Below are positions 46,010 through 59,196 of a DNA stretch of 64,000 nt, piece after piece (the first letter of the stretch is position 1; each line of letters starts with the position of its first letter). This DNA is from Botryllus schlosseri (Eukaryota): assembly GCA_051294905.1 (NCBI GenBank), contig CM119372.1, positions 14,076,001 to 14,140,000 on the forward strand, written 5' to 3'. The notes under the pieces were generated by a model. That model had not been told where the DNA came from. It ran no database searches and saw only the letters and a program-made list of their open reading frames with translations. Made by a program: the position numbers and the translations under genes.

Positions 46010-47498
46010 ATTTAATTGATAGGTCTACTATATGCTCATTATTATTATTATAAACGAAGTTGATCTACAATCAACTTGCATTCGTTCATCTGTAATTTGC
46101 TTATAATGCCTACCCACAATGCATGTTGTAGTAAATAACCAGTTTATGAATAGACACCAATTCACCGTTATAGAGGGCAGCTGTCGTTACGGCGAAACAG
46201 AAAGCACGAAGTTCTTACGTCTTAAATTGTTTAGGAAATTTAGTGCTTTAATCCGCCGTAAATTTCAAACATAATATTTTCGCAGTTAACATGTTTCCAA
46301 CAACATTCAAGCTCCCACATAATCCGACGTTGTTGTGGTAACCTGACTACCTAATAGCCACTGCTGCTTAAAGTACCGTGGCCTCTACGTGACCTATCGT
46401 CCAACTATATACGCATAAGCCCGACATTGTTCTATCTGGTATTCATTGCTCTCTTGGCGCTTTCTTTCGATGCATATACCTACGATCTATTAATGTTGCG
46501 ATTGGTGGACAATTATTTGTGGGCGTAGCAGAGCGGACTGATATATATTCCAAGTATTGGGAAACTTTCAAGCGATCGTCCGAACAGTTTTATTTGCGGA
46601 ATTTCACATGACTTCATTTTTATCAACATCAAAGATGACAGAGGCGAAGGTCGGCGCATTTATTCTCACTTCAATGCCAATATAAGGCAGAACGGATGTG
46701 TCGTAATAAAGGTTTCAAGTGACTCGATTCAAACACAATGCACCTGCTTATGTGGTGTTTTCGACTGATGTGCCACTGAATTGTGACGTTGCCGCTATGC
46801 TACCTAATAGTCAATACTCTTAAATTCTAACAAATTTCACTAAGTATGCTTTTTGTTTATTCTAGCAATGCAGACGAGTTCATCATCCACTCTAATGACG
46901 CACTGAGTCCACCATAAAACATAACCCTAATATTATCATCGAAGCAAACGTCGGTAAACGTACCGAAATAACTTTTATAATATTGTTCGCGTATTTGTCG
47001 TAATAAGGACAGTGTACCTGCGGTGCGTTTCTCAATATAGCAATACCTGTTCCCGTTAATCTCCAAATTTCGTTATGTTTACATATACGCGTTCAGCATA
47101 TCTCTTCATCGCTACTTCACAGATACGCTATTAATTGTTTCGATTATTACAAGGGTAGTACAACTTTGCTAAAAATAAATTTATTGATCGGGTGAATGCA
47201 GTAAATACCCCCTCGCGTACAAATAAATATTTCGGGATTACATCCCACGTAATAAACTTAAGAGAATAGCATTTCGGTTTCTTCTCGCTTCCCGGTTTCG
47301 GAGGCAATCGACGCCATTGCTCGATTGTCATTGACTTGTTGTACGATGCTCTGGGCGACCAAGGAAAACGTTCCCGCTTCGCCACGCCGTTCCCGTGCTC
47401 AGGAGAACCATCGAGTTCTCTTCCGAGGCCTGGTCAATGCCAGTCATCCCACCAGAATACTAATTCTGTGATGAGCTGCGCATGGTCGATGATTCACG

Positions 47499-50400
47499 TC
47501 AGCATCCGTCATGCGTGAATTTTGAAATGGTCTCTCTTATCCATCGTTCGTATTTCACCGTCGGGGCATAAATTCCAGGATGTCCCGATACCCCGCAATC
47601 TGTAAATCCGAAGGATGTGATCCCGGCCAAGTACCACCGCCCAGACGGCTTCACACAAACAAGAGGACCTCCCGAATCTCCCTAAATTACAAAACGGCAT
47701 TAAGGAAACAATTCGCGATCTGCTACCCTGACCACGAACTTACTTCACAGGAATCTGCGATTTGCGTACTTTCGATGTCACCTGCGCACATGTGCTTATC
47801 CTGAGATAGAAAATCCTTATAATCGGATTCAATCCCAGTGCATGTCGTGAAGTTAACGATCGGTACTTTGGCTTCCCGTAGAACCGATGACGTGCGTGAA
47901 AAGGGATCTATAATGATAATGTATACTGTTTAAACTGGCCTCTTCTCTTTATGACCAATGGACATGAACAGTCATAAACGTTTCGGCTAATATAGGCATT
48001 GAAATACTAATTCTATTTTCGGCCTCGCGAATTCAAATATTTCTGCGAATTTTTTACCTTCCCAGACGGGCAGTCAACGTAAGTAAATCTATACTTACGA
48101 GTATTTCCCCATCCCGTTATAAAACATTCCTCTCCTTCAGAGGTAATGTGATTTGTTGGTAAACAAGCCGGCATCACGGTTTTTCTTATTGTCACGGAAT
48201 CCATCAACTTCATGAGAGCGACATCATCTGATATAAGTGGAAATAATTAAGATATCGGCGACAGCCATGTCGACATCTACAACTATCAACTCACTCGTCG
48301 GAACGGGATATCTCCTGTAACCGTCAATAACAAACACCTGTCGAATGTAATGCCGCGTCCCGGTTTCGTGTAGCCTTGTCATACCAACCACTACACTCCA
48401 AGTGTCACCAGGATCGTATACATTCACTCTGTATTTTCTGAATCGTATAAATTACGTTGATCAAAGCTAAATATTCATCCCTGTAGCTTCAATTTCCCAC
48501 CCATTCTCTATGCAATGTGCTGCTGTAATGGCCCATCTCGAACCAACTAATGTCGCCCCACATTGGTGTTCCCATTTGCAACCTCTTCTTCCGGTAATAC
48601 ATGAAAGATGTTGCCAACTTGTTTGCCACGGCCATTGGTGATCGCCAGATATCTGTAAATCAGCGGCTTAACGATCGCTCCTATATCGCCGGTCTGACAG
48701 ACATCCTGGCCTTATAGCCTACTGGCGAAAAGCGTTATTCTTATCAGTACCTGAGGCTTCACCAAAATCCGCAGCAGGTTTTGGGAAGATAGGGGTGTCT
48801 TGTCTATACAGCCTATGCTTATATCTATAAATCCAACAGACTGCACACCATACAATACATTGACATTATTATCGACATGGTAAACTAGAAACGCTTTACT
48901 GGATTGTTCAATGTACAAGTATGTACAATACTGATGATGTTTGTGTCACCTTTCCATAGACGTGATTAGGGAATAATAAAGAGAAGCAAAAATCGATGAC
49001 GAAGTCACGCCATGGTACCATTGCCACGTGGAAATCTTACTGGCGTCTTATACTATAAAAATTTCTAAATTAGTATGTACATCACGTTTACATCGTGCGC
49101 GAGTAGAAGGGGGATAAGTCAGATATTTATTGGAGCGGGACATGGACCGGAGCCGGACTGGATATTCGGCCAGATATTTTCATTTTAACCGGAGCCGGGT
49201 CGGAACCGGATTAATATTTTTTTTATGCGGTCGGAGTAGGATCGGAGCCGGATCGTAATTTTTGATATGGTTATAATTGCTATAGAGCAGTGGTTCTCAA
49301 ACTGTTTTAAACACGCCCCCTTGGTAGTAGTGGAAAATTTTCGCTCTCCCCTCATCGCCATATCAAAAAACTATTAAAAAGAGCAACACGATTGCTTGCA
49401 ATCCCAACGCATAATCTAGCTAGAGGCATGTAAGGTTATGGCTGTTTAGAGACTTTTTAAATATGAAGTTAGGACTATACACAAAGCAAGAATTATGAGC
49501 TAGGTAAGTCGAGCGGAGCGAGAAGAAATTTTCAGTCGAATAACTTGTCAAATATAATCAATAATCATGTTCAATGGTAGCACGTAGCATATACACATTT
49601 TAGCGATTTTGGTGTCTTATACCTTCTATTTCCTCACTTGCGTCTTACTACGTTCTCTGTACAGATGCTTGACAGAGAGGCCATAGAAGCATTAGCTAAC
49701 ACCTACAGCTGCACGCATTTTCCAATCATTCCTTATTTAGAGACATATTCTGATCGGTGCAAGGTCCAGTATCAGTCACAATCTATAGCGCCGATGTAGG
49801 GATGTTACGACGCAACTATGACATTTGAAATCGTAGTATAATTCGGATTATAGCCGATATTTAGACTTGGAAGTTTCAGAAAATATTATACTCATTCCGT
49901 GTTCAAGAAACTTAATATCTCTCTTACCCCCCCCCCTTCGCGCCCCCAAGTTTGGGAACCACTGCTATATAGAGGATATTGGTTAGCAGCAATTGGGCAT
50001 GACTATGTTGTAACTACCAACAGTAGCTACCAATACAAACCTGTGTTCAGTACAAAACCGTGAGTTTTTATTGTCATGTTCTTTTTGTTGCAATATTGAA
50101 TATATAACCAGCAGGTCATGAACCCGTACCGTATAATCTACTGTTTCTGTAGTTTACTAGAAATAGTTACTCGTGGATGATCATCATCGGAGTTTTTCTG
50201 ACAGGATCACGGTCATTTCAAGAATCCCAAGAGTCGGACCGGAGCCGAACCAGAGCATTTAAGAAATAACAGGATCGGAGTTGAACCAGATAATTTGTCG
50301 ATCCGCTCCGCATTACCATTTGTTTGTATGTTCCGACCGTACTTACTGAATTTGCAAATTTGATGCGTCGCCGTCAGGCCTTATTACATGACATCACTAA

Positions 50401-53400
50401 TAGATAAAGTCGAAATTATCCGTCATATCGTTTTCTTGGAATAATCGGGGTTGCGCCTATACCTATAAATATATTGAAGAATGCATCGCGTAATTTGATG
50501 ATATCCGCCAACAGTCGCTGAAAACGCCAGGACACTTCGATCTACAAATATATGTTATCGTGGACTCACCTTTCCATTAAATATCTTGAGAAGAGCTGGT
50601 TTCTGGGGTCTCAAACCACACAAGCTTGGATTCAATTGAGGCACTACTGGCTCATTGCATTGTCTCAAGCTGCATCTTTGTATGTCAGTATCATTTCCGG
50701 TACAACCTAAACATGAAAGCGGGTAGTGGTTCTATCAAGAATCTACATCCGAAAATGAGGAATATGTAGGCGAGATAATTTAGTAGAAATGGGCTACGTC
50801 CCGATTCATGTCAATATGTCAGTGATGTCACAGTTTTCGAAATACATATTTTAGTGTAGGCTACACTGGGACGAACGTACTGGCCAGCACGCTATAACTA
50901 TAAAATCGTCGTAACATGTCTAATTATGATCCTTATTCTGATGTACATCAAAATACGTACTGCCTTGCCCTGGTAGACCGTGCATGCAGAATCGACTTCT
51001 AGACTTCGTTCCTTCTCCACACGAAGCGCTACAGCAAGAAAAGGTCGCCCATTCTGTCCAATAAGGACATGGCTATAGAAATATGTGATTACCGAAGGGA
51101 TTCTACGTTTGGCATGGAGAAGCTCACTGACCTGATAATTACAACTCATCGTGTCAACAGCTTCACCGGTACATTTTCCTTGGATGCATTTCCTTGTTCT
51201 AGATTTTTCACCTTTCTGACATGACGCCGAACACTCTCCCCAACTGCTCCATTCATCCCAAATCGGGCAAATCTGTTACGCATATTGATGATCAATTAGT
51301 AGCTTATTATCCCTTACCGAGAATAATGAGTATAAGGAGTTTATACCTCTTCGTTACACGCGACTGTATCCGTCTCCTGCGAGATTTGCGAATTATTTTT
51401 CGTTTCTGCAGATTGTTCACCTGATACCCCAATCAAATTACGGTATCTCATTTTCACGCCTACTCCACAGGACTTCGAGCAAGGAGTGAAGCTACTCCAC
51501 GAGCCCTTGCATGATTCGCGGTAGCATGTTTTTATACCAACCTTCGTACCATGACAACACCCTGTGAAATTTCATTTATGGATTTCATGCAGATACAGCA
51601 ATGGAGGACCCGAATTGTCTCACCCGTCGAACATTTACGCGATCTCAGCATTTGCCCTTGCCCGCAAGTGGCCGAGCATTCACTCCATGATTGCCATTCA
51701 CCCCATTCGGGAAGGCAAGGGTGTTGATTACAAGCAGCCATTTCAACAGAATAGCTTCGGTCGCCTTCGCACCAATTGGGGCTCACGGATACTGTAGAAA
51801 GACAGCGTATGATACAAATGAGTACAGTAGCCTACTACATGTCATCACTTTTCGTGGGGATTTTACTATTAATGAATAACAAGTGTTTGAATCTATAACT
51901 ATCATATCAACATTTCATTTTCAATCGGCAGGAAGGAAGGTATTACGAATATTATATAAGTTAGGGTATGTTATATTTATAAATTGTGATCAATTGACAA
52001 ATGGATGTAAATGTCAACAATAGATAGTATTCGACACTAAGGATGGTGCGTTCGTGAGGTTCGCGTTCGGTGTGCGAGCCTCGGAAATTCGGATGTTCGC
52101 GTTGGCAAACGAACCAAGGTATATGTTCTGCACTGTGAACTTTTTTCCTATATTACAATTATTCACGGCATTATAACATCAACTAAATTGTTTTTGTTGC
52201 TGTTTAACTGTAAAATTTCCAGCAGGGATCAATCTTGGTGTGATGTATTTATAGTATCATAAAAACCAAATGCGTCCGATTGGGGTGCTAACTATTGTAA
52301 AGGGTTACCTACGTCCGGCTTTTCACTCTCATGAATATCAATGGTGCAATAATATGATGCAAGATATTGATTTTAAGGAATTATTATAGCATTTGATTGG
52401 TCCAGTTGATACTTTGGTGATGGTTAATAAAAGTCGTGTATATATATTACTTGTTACTACTATGGAAATGTAGGGTTGGATGTAGCAATATGAAGTCACG
52501 TGGCGTCATGGGTTCGCATTCGCGTTCGAGTTCACGCGAACCAGAACCTTTCAGAGTTTCGCACCATCCCTTTTCGATACTAATCACATATATATGACTA
52601 CATACCTTTGCGAATCAAAATCCGCGTTTTGTCTTTAGTTCCGACTTCGCCCCTCCAGAGCAGAGTTGCAGGGTAGCTATCAATCCTGGAATTTGATGAA
52701 TTTTTCAGTCCAATATGGCGGTCTCGCTCGTCATCTGAACACGAAGGGAATGGACTATGCGAAAACAACTAGTTTCTGGATATGATGGGATATGGATTAA
52801 ATCGTTCAGATTTCCACGTCGACCTGGTTCACATTACAACCTTCATCTCTCCGTAATTTCAAGGTTTTGGCTACATAAAACATTATTAAAGACGTGATTT
52901 ATCAATTACATTGATGCTATTGACGTAATCAAGCATTAGCAAATGTAATCGCTAACAACCTGCAAGGTCATTGACGATGGGATATTGGACTGTTTTGACG
53001 CACACTCCACAAGTCTGCGAGTTTATAATAGTTTCATAATTCCGTACGTATCCTATGAAGACTGAACAGAAAGAACAGTGAACACCAAGACCAAACAAAC
53101 CAAGGTGCGCAAATTTCGGTAGGTATCATGTTTATATCATCCTAGGTATTTCATCCATTGGTTTTGAAACGAATGTTATGGATATATAACATCTGCAACA
53201 TGTCACGAACTTAATCTATAAATACTGCTATAGAGGTCATGCTACAATCCAAGCGAAACATCACCCAACAAATCCGCGAGTTTCAATAATATACCTCATA
53301 GTAAACTGGGTAAACATGAACATAGTACCGTTGTCACTACATACCACTGGAGTGAGCAAATATCTAATTATGCTGAAGTGCATTCGGGGGAAAGAATTTG

Positions 53401-56400
53401 GTATAGGCTATCTTCGATTGCCAACAAGTTTCACAGAACTGCCCATCATAATTCCGACTTAACGACGCGTTGACATTCTAAAGTTCGATTGTTTATATTT
53501 TACACGATATAATAACTATGGAAGCTTATATTTGTATTTAGGATATAACTGCTGGATTAAATCTGATAAAATATGATGCCGTACCTCTTTGTACCAACTT
53601 AAAGTCGTGCTTTATACGCATTTTGGCTGGCATAGCGCCGGATCATTCCCAGTGGCACGTTTGACATGAATTACACCCTTAAAATTATGAGAGAATGCCG
53701 AGCGATTATTATCTCAACTGCAAAGTATAATATTTTATAGGGCTTTTAACTTGTACGATTAAGACGCACCCAGATCATTATTCTGAAACTATTAATTTAC
53801 AAAACACCTGGTATGTTTTGAAAGCTCGGAGTAATGTAGCTCAGTCTTCTGTACGTTAACTCGAAAAATGAGATAGAGTCCAAGGTTTACTCTAGAAGAA
53901 ATTTCCCATAAACGAGGGGTTCTTTAATTAGAATTTATTGAACACGCATTGGCGATAAGAGTCAATCATCAAGTTATTTGTCACGCAACAAACTTGGCGG
54001 CGATCGAGCAATAGACCATCATGCGGTTTAGTAATACTTTTTATTCGATGTTTCCAAAACCAGCGAAAATTAATTTGTCGTCTGGTATCTCACCTGAAAC
54101 TTTACTTTGATTGGGCTGTATCACTTGTTCCGTGAATTTCATCATTTCATATCTAAAGATTGTAACTTTTTAAATATTGAGACAAAAGTGGGAAATCAAA
54201 GCAAATCTCACATGTTAACCTCACATTGCCTCTCCCTTCTTTTTCTCCCATCCACACCACACTGCCTACTGCATTCATTCCAACCTTGCCATTCTCCCCA
54301 TTCAGGACAATCATCGTTGTAGTGACAACTGGATTCTTGGACTGATTGGCCTTTGCAGTTACTGCAAATTAGCAATGCATGATAAATATAAAGTCCCGTG
54401 TCGGTTTATTTTCGCGATTCGATAGACACTGCTGCATATACAGTGCAATCTACACAACAATGGTGATTCGTTTCGACCTTCAGATATCGTCTATTCTATT
54501 CGCCAGCAGTAAGTGTTAACACGAATGGCGTTACCGAGATAAGAACACTTCCTGTAAACACCAACAAAAATACGGAATTCTCTCAAGGAAAACCCGTAAT
54601 TGTGCTGCACGACGACGTGTATAGCATTTTGTGTTTTACGACTGCGGCTATGAACTACAACTTCATGATAATACCTAATCCGACCGCCTATATTCTCACA
54701 TTCCCGACATTCGCGGTGCGAACAAATAACGTCACTTTCGGTCACGAATGGGTTCCGTCCGCAGCGATGTTTCACTCTTATCTGTACTTGTACGTACAAT
54801 AAATAGAAATCTTTCTCCCTTACCTGTCTTCACTGAGGATCGCGACGCCGCTGGTCTCGTCAACGCGAACGCTGAAGCACATTCTCCTTCGACTCTGCCG
54901 GCCACCTAATCCACAGCTAACACTGCAATCACTCCACCTGCTCCATTGTGACCACCTGCATCACGAAAGTTGATACTTGACAAATATCGATTCCATGGCG
55001 TTTAATTGAAAGCTTACGTCGAAACGAAATCGGTGACTTTTGCCGAATCTGAACGTGATCCGGAGTGAAATTGAGTTTGAAATACTTTGCATGATTTCAC
55101 GCAGGAAAGAGAACGGCATCTCTGAACCTCAGTCAAGGAATCTGAAACGGCAGGATTGAGTGACCATCAATTGAGCAATTGAGCATATACAAAACGTTCT
55201 TGTTGCTTGGGATTTCTGGAGAGGAACAGCACATATTCCACATGATGTGTCGAATATTTCATTGCGGTCCATGTACGATTCTGACTAGTATTGAGCAACA
55301 AACTTATCTACGGGCCAGGCGTAAAAATTATCGTACAAAGTGAAAATTCAAACAACGGTCCTTGTTATGTCCCCAGATGGAGGAATTGTTTAAAATTCAA
55401 GTCGCACATATTTCTCGGATATCATCAACCATGTTCCAATGTCATCATGCTATTGCGACTCGTGTGAATTTTGAAATATTACGTATAGTTTATACCAGGG
55501 ACGGGCAGACTGCGGCTCGCGAGCCGTATGCGGCTCTTTGAGCCTTTGATTGCTGCTATTTAATGAATGCATATGCGTTTCTCCATTTTTCTACAGAGGT
55601 TTAACCTGCTTATTATAAATTGATGCAATATATCACTTATTAACAATATGCGCATTGTTTTCGTGTTTTTTTCCTTTTGGTTTACGTACCACTTGTAAAA
55701 TTTATGGGGTGTCATTACAGGGTTAGAACTTTGCAATTGAACTTTCGAATCGAACTTGCATACACGTTTCACCCTCAACCATGTTGCATTGACATCAATC
55801 AAAGATAAATCATTGTGCTCAGCAATAACTCGATTAATCACAGTAACGCAGGTCATGATAATTTCCGGACTAACAATGGTGAATACGGCTCTTTCAATTG
55901 TATTGTAAAGGCAAGCGATAATCGCAGAATTTGGCCAAGAAAATGTCGTTGATAATTGCAAGAAATAAAGTATGAGTAGAAAAATATCACTTTTAAAACA
56001 TAATGAGAGATAGAGCTTGCATTCAATGATAATGGAGGTAAGCCACTGCGCCTTATCTGTTGAGATTCGTAAAATAATTACAAAGCTAGTTAGTGGACAC
56101 GTCATTACGAAACCGAACACCAGGAGTTACTTAACGAAAACAGAGATTTAAGGAGTGATAAGATCACCGTGCTGAAATATTCTTTAAATACTCGGCAGCA
56201 CTTGAAGGAACTGCTCCAGCTGCTTTGACGTCTTATGAGCTTGATTTCAAACACTTTGCAGCCCAATGCACCGTATCCCCACGCCACAAAATAATTAACT
56301 TCATTCGATAGCCTACATTTTATTGTAACGAAATAAATTCGTAATTTTTAGTTTTTGTGTTGCGGCTTTAATTCTACCAATTTTGGTATGCGGCTCGCTC

Positions 56401-59196
56401 ATGAAGAAGCATGTCTGCCTACCCCTGGTCTATACCAAACGGCTCGTCTAACTAATACATTTCGATGCATTTTCATAAGATCCGATAGAATATACAGTTA
56501 TACACCATGGTGGAAAGTATTGATTTCTCAATGCAGTTATTTAGGGAATCCAATCATCATCATCATAATGTACTCTCTAAAACTATAGCTTTGGTTCCCA
56601 CATCCAATTGCACATGAGGGACCGTGTTTAGCATATACCTGGAGCGCAATTAGCCATTTCAGTATTCGACCGTAAACAATGCCTCGTTCGTGTCCTCATC
56701 CCCTCGGAATCGCAAGCAGTAGCATCACAGTAAGACCATGAAGACCAGTCTGAGAATTTCGGCGCACATTTTGAAGGAGTGGGGCAGCGCTTCTGTTGGG
56801 CTGAATATCCTTTACACTCAGTTCTCTATTGCGCAGTGAATTCTGTTATAGCACTAAACTTTGCATGTATGCATGAATTTGCCACTCACTGTTAATTTGA
56901 GTGGGATTTTCCTGCCGTCCTTGACACATATGCGCTTTCTTAGTTGAAAACCGTGGCCACCGCAAGTTTTAGTGCAAGGTCCGAATTTCGTCCACGTCGT
57001 CCACTGCGCTGGGCATGACTGGCCGTTATCGCATGTACGAAAAAGCGAATTCCTTCCGATGCATCCATTTGCAGTTTGTCCACCTTTTGTACAAATCCTG
57101 TGTATACAAATTATTTAATTCTTTGGCCAACAACATTTGTAGAGGGATCAGTTATAAGTAGGGCAATTTTTTTTGACATGTCAAAAAAAGTCAAAATTAG
57201 GTCAAAATTGTAGCGTTAGTTCAAAATTTGTCAAAATTGTTTACAAAGTCAAACATTTTTTGACCTCTGCATTTCGTTTGTATCGTAGATTTTGCGCTGT
57301 CGGTGAACTTATCATTTGATATTTTACAGCTTGTAGCCTACTTTATAGGCCTACCGTTGTAAACGGACCATCGTCTGGTCATTGTGAATCATAAATGGTC
57401 AAATGAAACAAATAGTGACATGGTTTTATGGTCAACGTACCGCAATATCCTAGCTGAAGCAAGACTGCTTGGACATTGCATGGTTCTTATATCAAGAAGC
57501 GCAAGCTGAAAAATTGTGATGTAGACAACATTTTCAGAATGAAGCAACACGGTTTGTCACCAGCAGTGTGCACACAACTTGAGTGTTGTCAGCCAACAAA
57601 TGCTGCTGTTGAACGTTCTTTCTCCGTTCTTGGCAAGCTACGTAGTAGAGACAGACACTTTCTACCCGAGAATGTAGGAAAGGATCTTTCGTTGTACTAC
57701 AATAAATTTTAATTATTTCCACCAGAATACGTAATGTAACTACTGGAATTCTTCATAGGGCCAGATTTCGTTAAAATACTAGTTTTTCATGTAAAAATCT
57801 GTTTTTTAATGTAAAAATCTGTAAGTTTTTGAACCAAAAACGTTTTTTCAGGCCAATCTACTTTGTAAGGACAGACAGTTCCAACCAGAAATGAAGATAA
57901 GTGGTACAATTTTAACATTATATGCGAAAACACCTAATTTGCATACGTGAGGTCAAAATTTGGTCAAATTTCAGTTTTTTTAGGTCAAAAAAGGTCAAAA
58001 TTTAGATTTTTTAGGTCAAAATCTTCCATTTTTTAGGTCAAAAAAAAATTGCCCTAGTTATAAGTAGACATACATATTGATTTAGACCGCTATCAAATCA
58101 TGCGAAATTTATAGGAAATCGCCATAAATCCTAATTCGACTCGTTGTTTGATCGAATCGTTAAATTAGTTGTGAAACCTCAATTGCGTCTCTTACCGTTT
58201 GAAAGTTTGAACCCCCGCTCCACATGTCGCACTGCAACTCCCGTTCGGCATCCAATCGGACCAAGAAGGACACGACTGCATGTTGCAAGATTCGATTCTA
58301 GTTTTTTCGCCTTTACATCCACCCTGATCCTCCTCTGTTCTTGCGTTCTCGCAATAACGCACGAGTAAACGCTTTCCTCCTCCGCAAGATGAGTCACATC
58401 GATCTTTACCATGCCACTGCGACCTGAAAACACGCGCCAGTCTTTACATCTGCCAATTCTTGCGAACGCCGGACTTACCAATGCGGGCAAGGTGGGTCGA
58501 AACAAAGGTCAAAATCGTCGTCATCGAGCGACCAGAATTCAGGGAAAATCCATCTTTTAATTCGACTTTTAACGCCGGTTGCTGGTGTTGAGGGATGTTG
58601 GCGGACTGAACAGGATATAAAGTAGCTCAAAATCATGTGGAAATAATGAATTTTCAATCTTGGTGCAGGAAACTTGTCGCGTCAAATTAATCTTTGTACT
58701 GCACCGACCGCAGGAGGGTCTTTGGGGCCGCTGTCATTGTCAATTTAAAATTTTACGACTCCACTGAAGTCTAAGGAAGTATGTCCTTCGACACCCAGTT
58801 ATTTTATTAACGCATTAAACTAATTCTTACTACTTATTTTAAGGTCAGAAATGGTTCATAACATGACCTCTTACCAGGATTATCGACTCGTTCATTTTCG
58901 AATACAGTCTTCGTAGACCAACTTCTTCCATTCCATGAGTTTTGGGAATAATTGGTAATAGTTCTACCATCATCCTGTCTTTCTTTTTGGTAGAGAATAC
59001 GATCCAATAAACCGTTTGATGGCCTTGGAGTTTTCCGCGTGTCAATCAAATCTGTGATAGCGTCCGTTGATTGAGTAGGCAGTTCATTGAATTCCATACC
59101 ATCCTTCTCGACAATTGTTGATGCGTATTGCTGGTTTGCGGAAAATTTATATCCATTCGCAAGTCGGATTAAGAAACACGCAATTATAATATTCAT
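47499..59196 (-). CDS. Secreted trypsin-like (S1A) serine protease with 10 thrombospondin type-1 repeats, 19 exons, ~1013 aa
   Basis: Exons: 59196-58875, 58605-58479, 58423-58196, 57097-56890, 56825-56639, 55141-55018, 54955-54824, 54361-54225, 54093-54061 (tentative 33 nt), 51791-51624, 51561-51347, 51272-51132, 51072-50961, 50706-50570, 48652-48501, 48437-48295, 48227-48099, 47907-47744, 47681-47499. Hydrophobic N-terminus MNIIIACFLIRLANG; WxxW..CSxxCG repeats; activation site LLK|IFNG; TAAHC, NDVAL, DSCEGDSGGP (Asp189 present). Confidence 0.92.
49128..50315. mobile_element. Decayed MITE with CCGGA/GGATC subterminal repeats, host of 49288-49964
   Basis: GGAGCGG near the left end and CCGCTCC near the right end; CCGGAG/CCGGAT arrays; boundaries approximate. 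Confidence 0.5.
49288..49964. mobile_element. hAT MITE (CAGTGGTTC[T/C]CAAAC TIR)
   Basis: Matching TIRs; TSD CTATAGAG/CTATATAG. Confidence 0.87.
52038..52572. mobile_element. MITE with GTTCGC subterminal repeats
   Basis: GGATGGTGCG inverted at both ends; TSD TTCGACAC/TTCGATAC. Confidence 0.8.
55496..56427. mobile_element. Charlie/Buster-type hAT MITE
   Basis: TIR CAGGG..[G/A]GGCAGAC with TGCGGCTC motifs; TSD GTTTATAC/GTCTATAC. Confidence 0.85.
57159..58056 (+). mobile_element. hAT deletion derivative with GGTCAAAA arrays and a dimerization-domain remnant
   Basis: TIR TAGGGCAATTTTTTTTGAC; perfect TSD GTTATAAG; ORF 57476-57712 contains CQPTNAAVERSFSVLGKL. Confidence 0.92.

Noticed and set aside
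47131..47498. Stop-codon readthrough or extra exon after the protease TGA
   Set aside because: An in-frame TAG follows 12 codons later and the longer downstream ORF is preceded by further stops; treated as 3' UTR (AATAAA at ~47185-47180 on minus).
51347..51561. Apparent GC-AG intron near 51460-51420
   Set aside because: The frame reads straight through (CGVGVKMRYRNLIGVSGEQ), so no non-canonical intron is needed; all modelled introns are GT-AG.
55560..56120. 186-aa minus-strand ORF in a protease intron
   Set aside because: Lies inside a MITE, has no recognisable transposase motif and no fitting splice phase.
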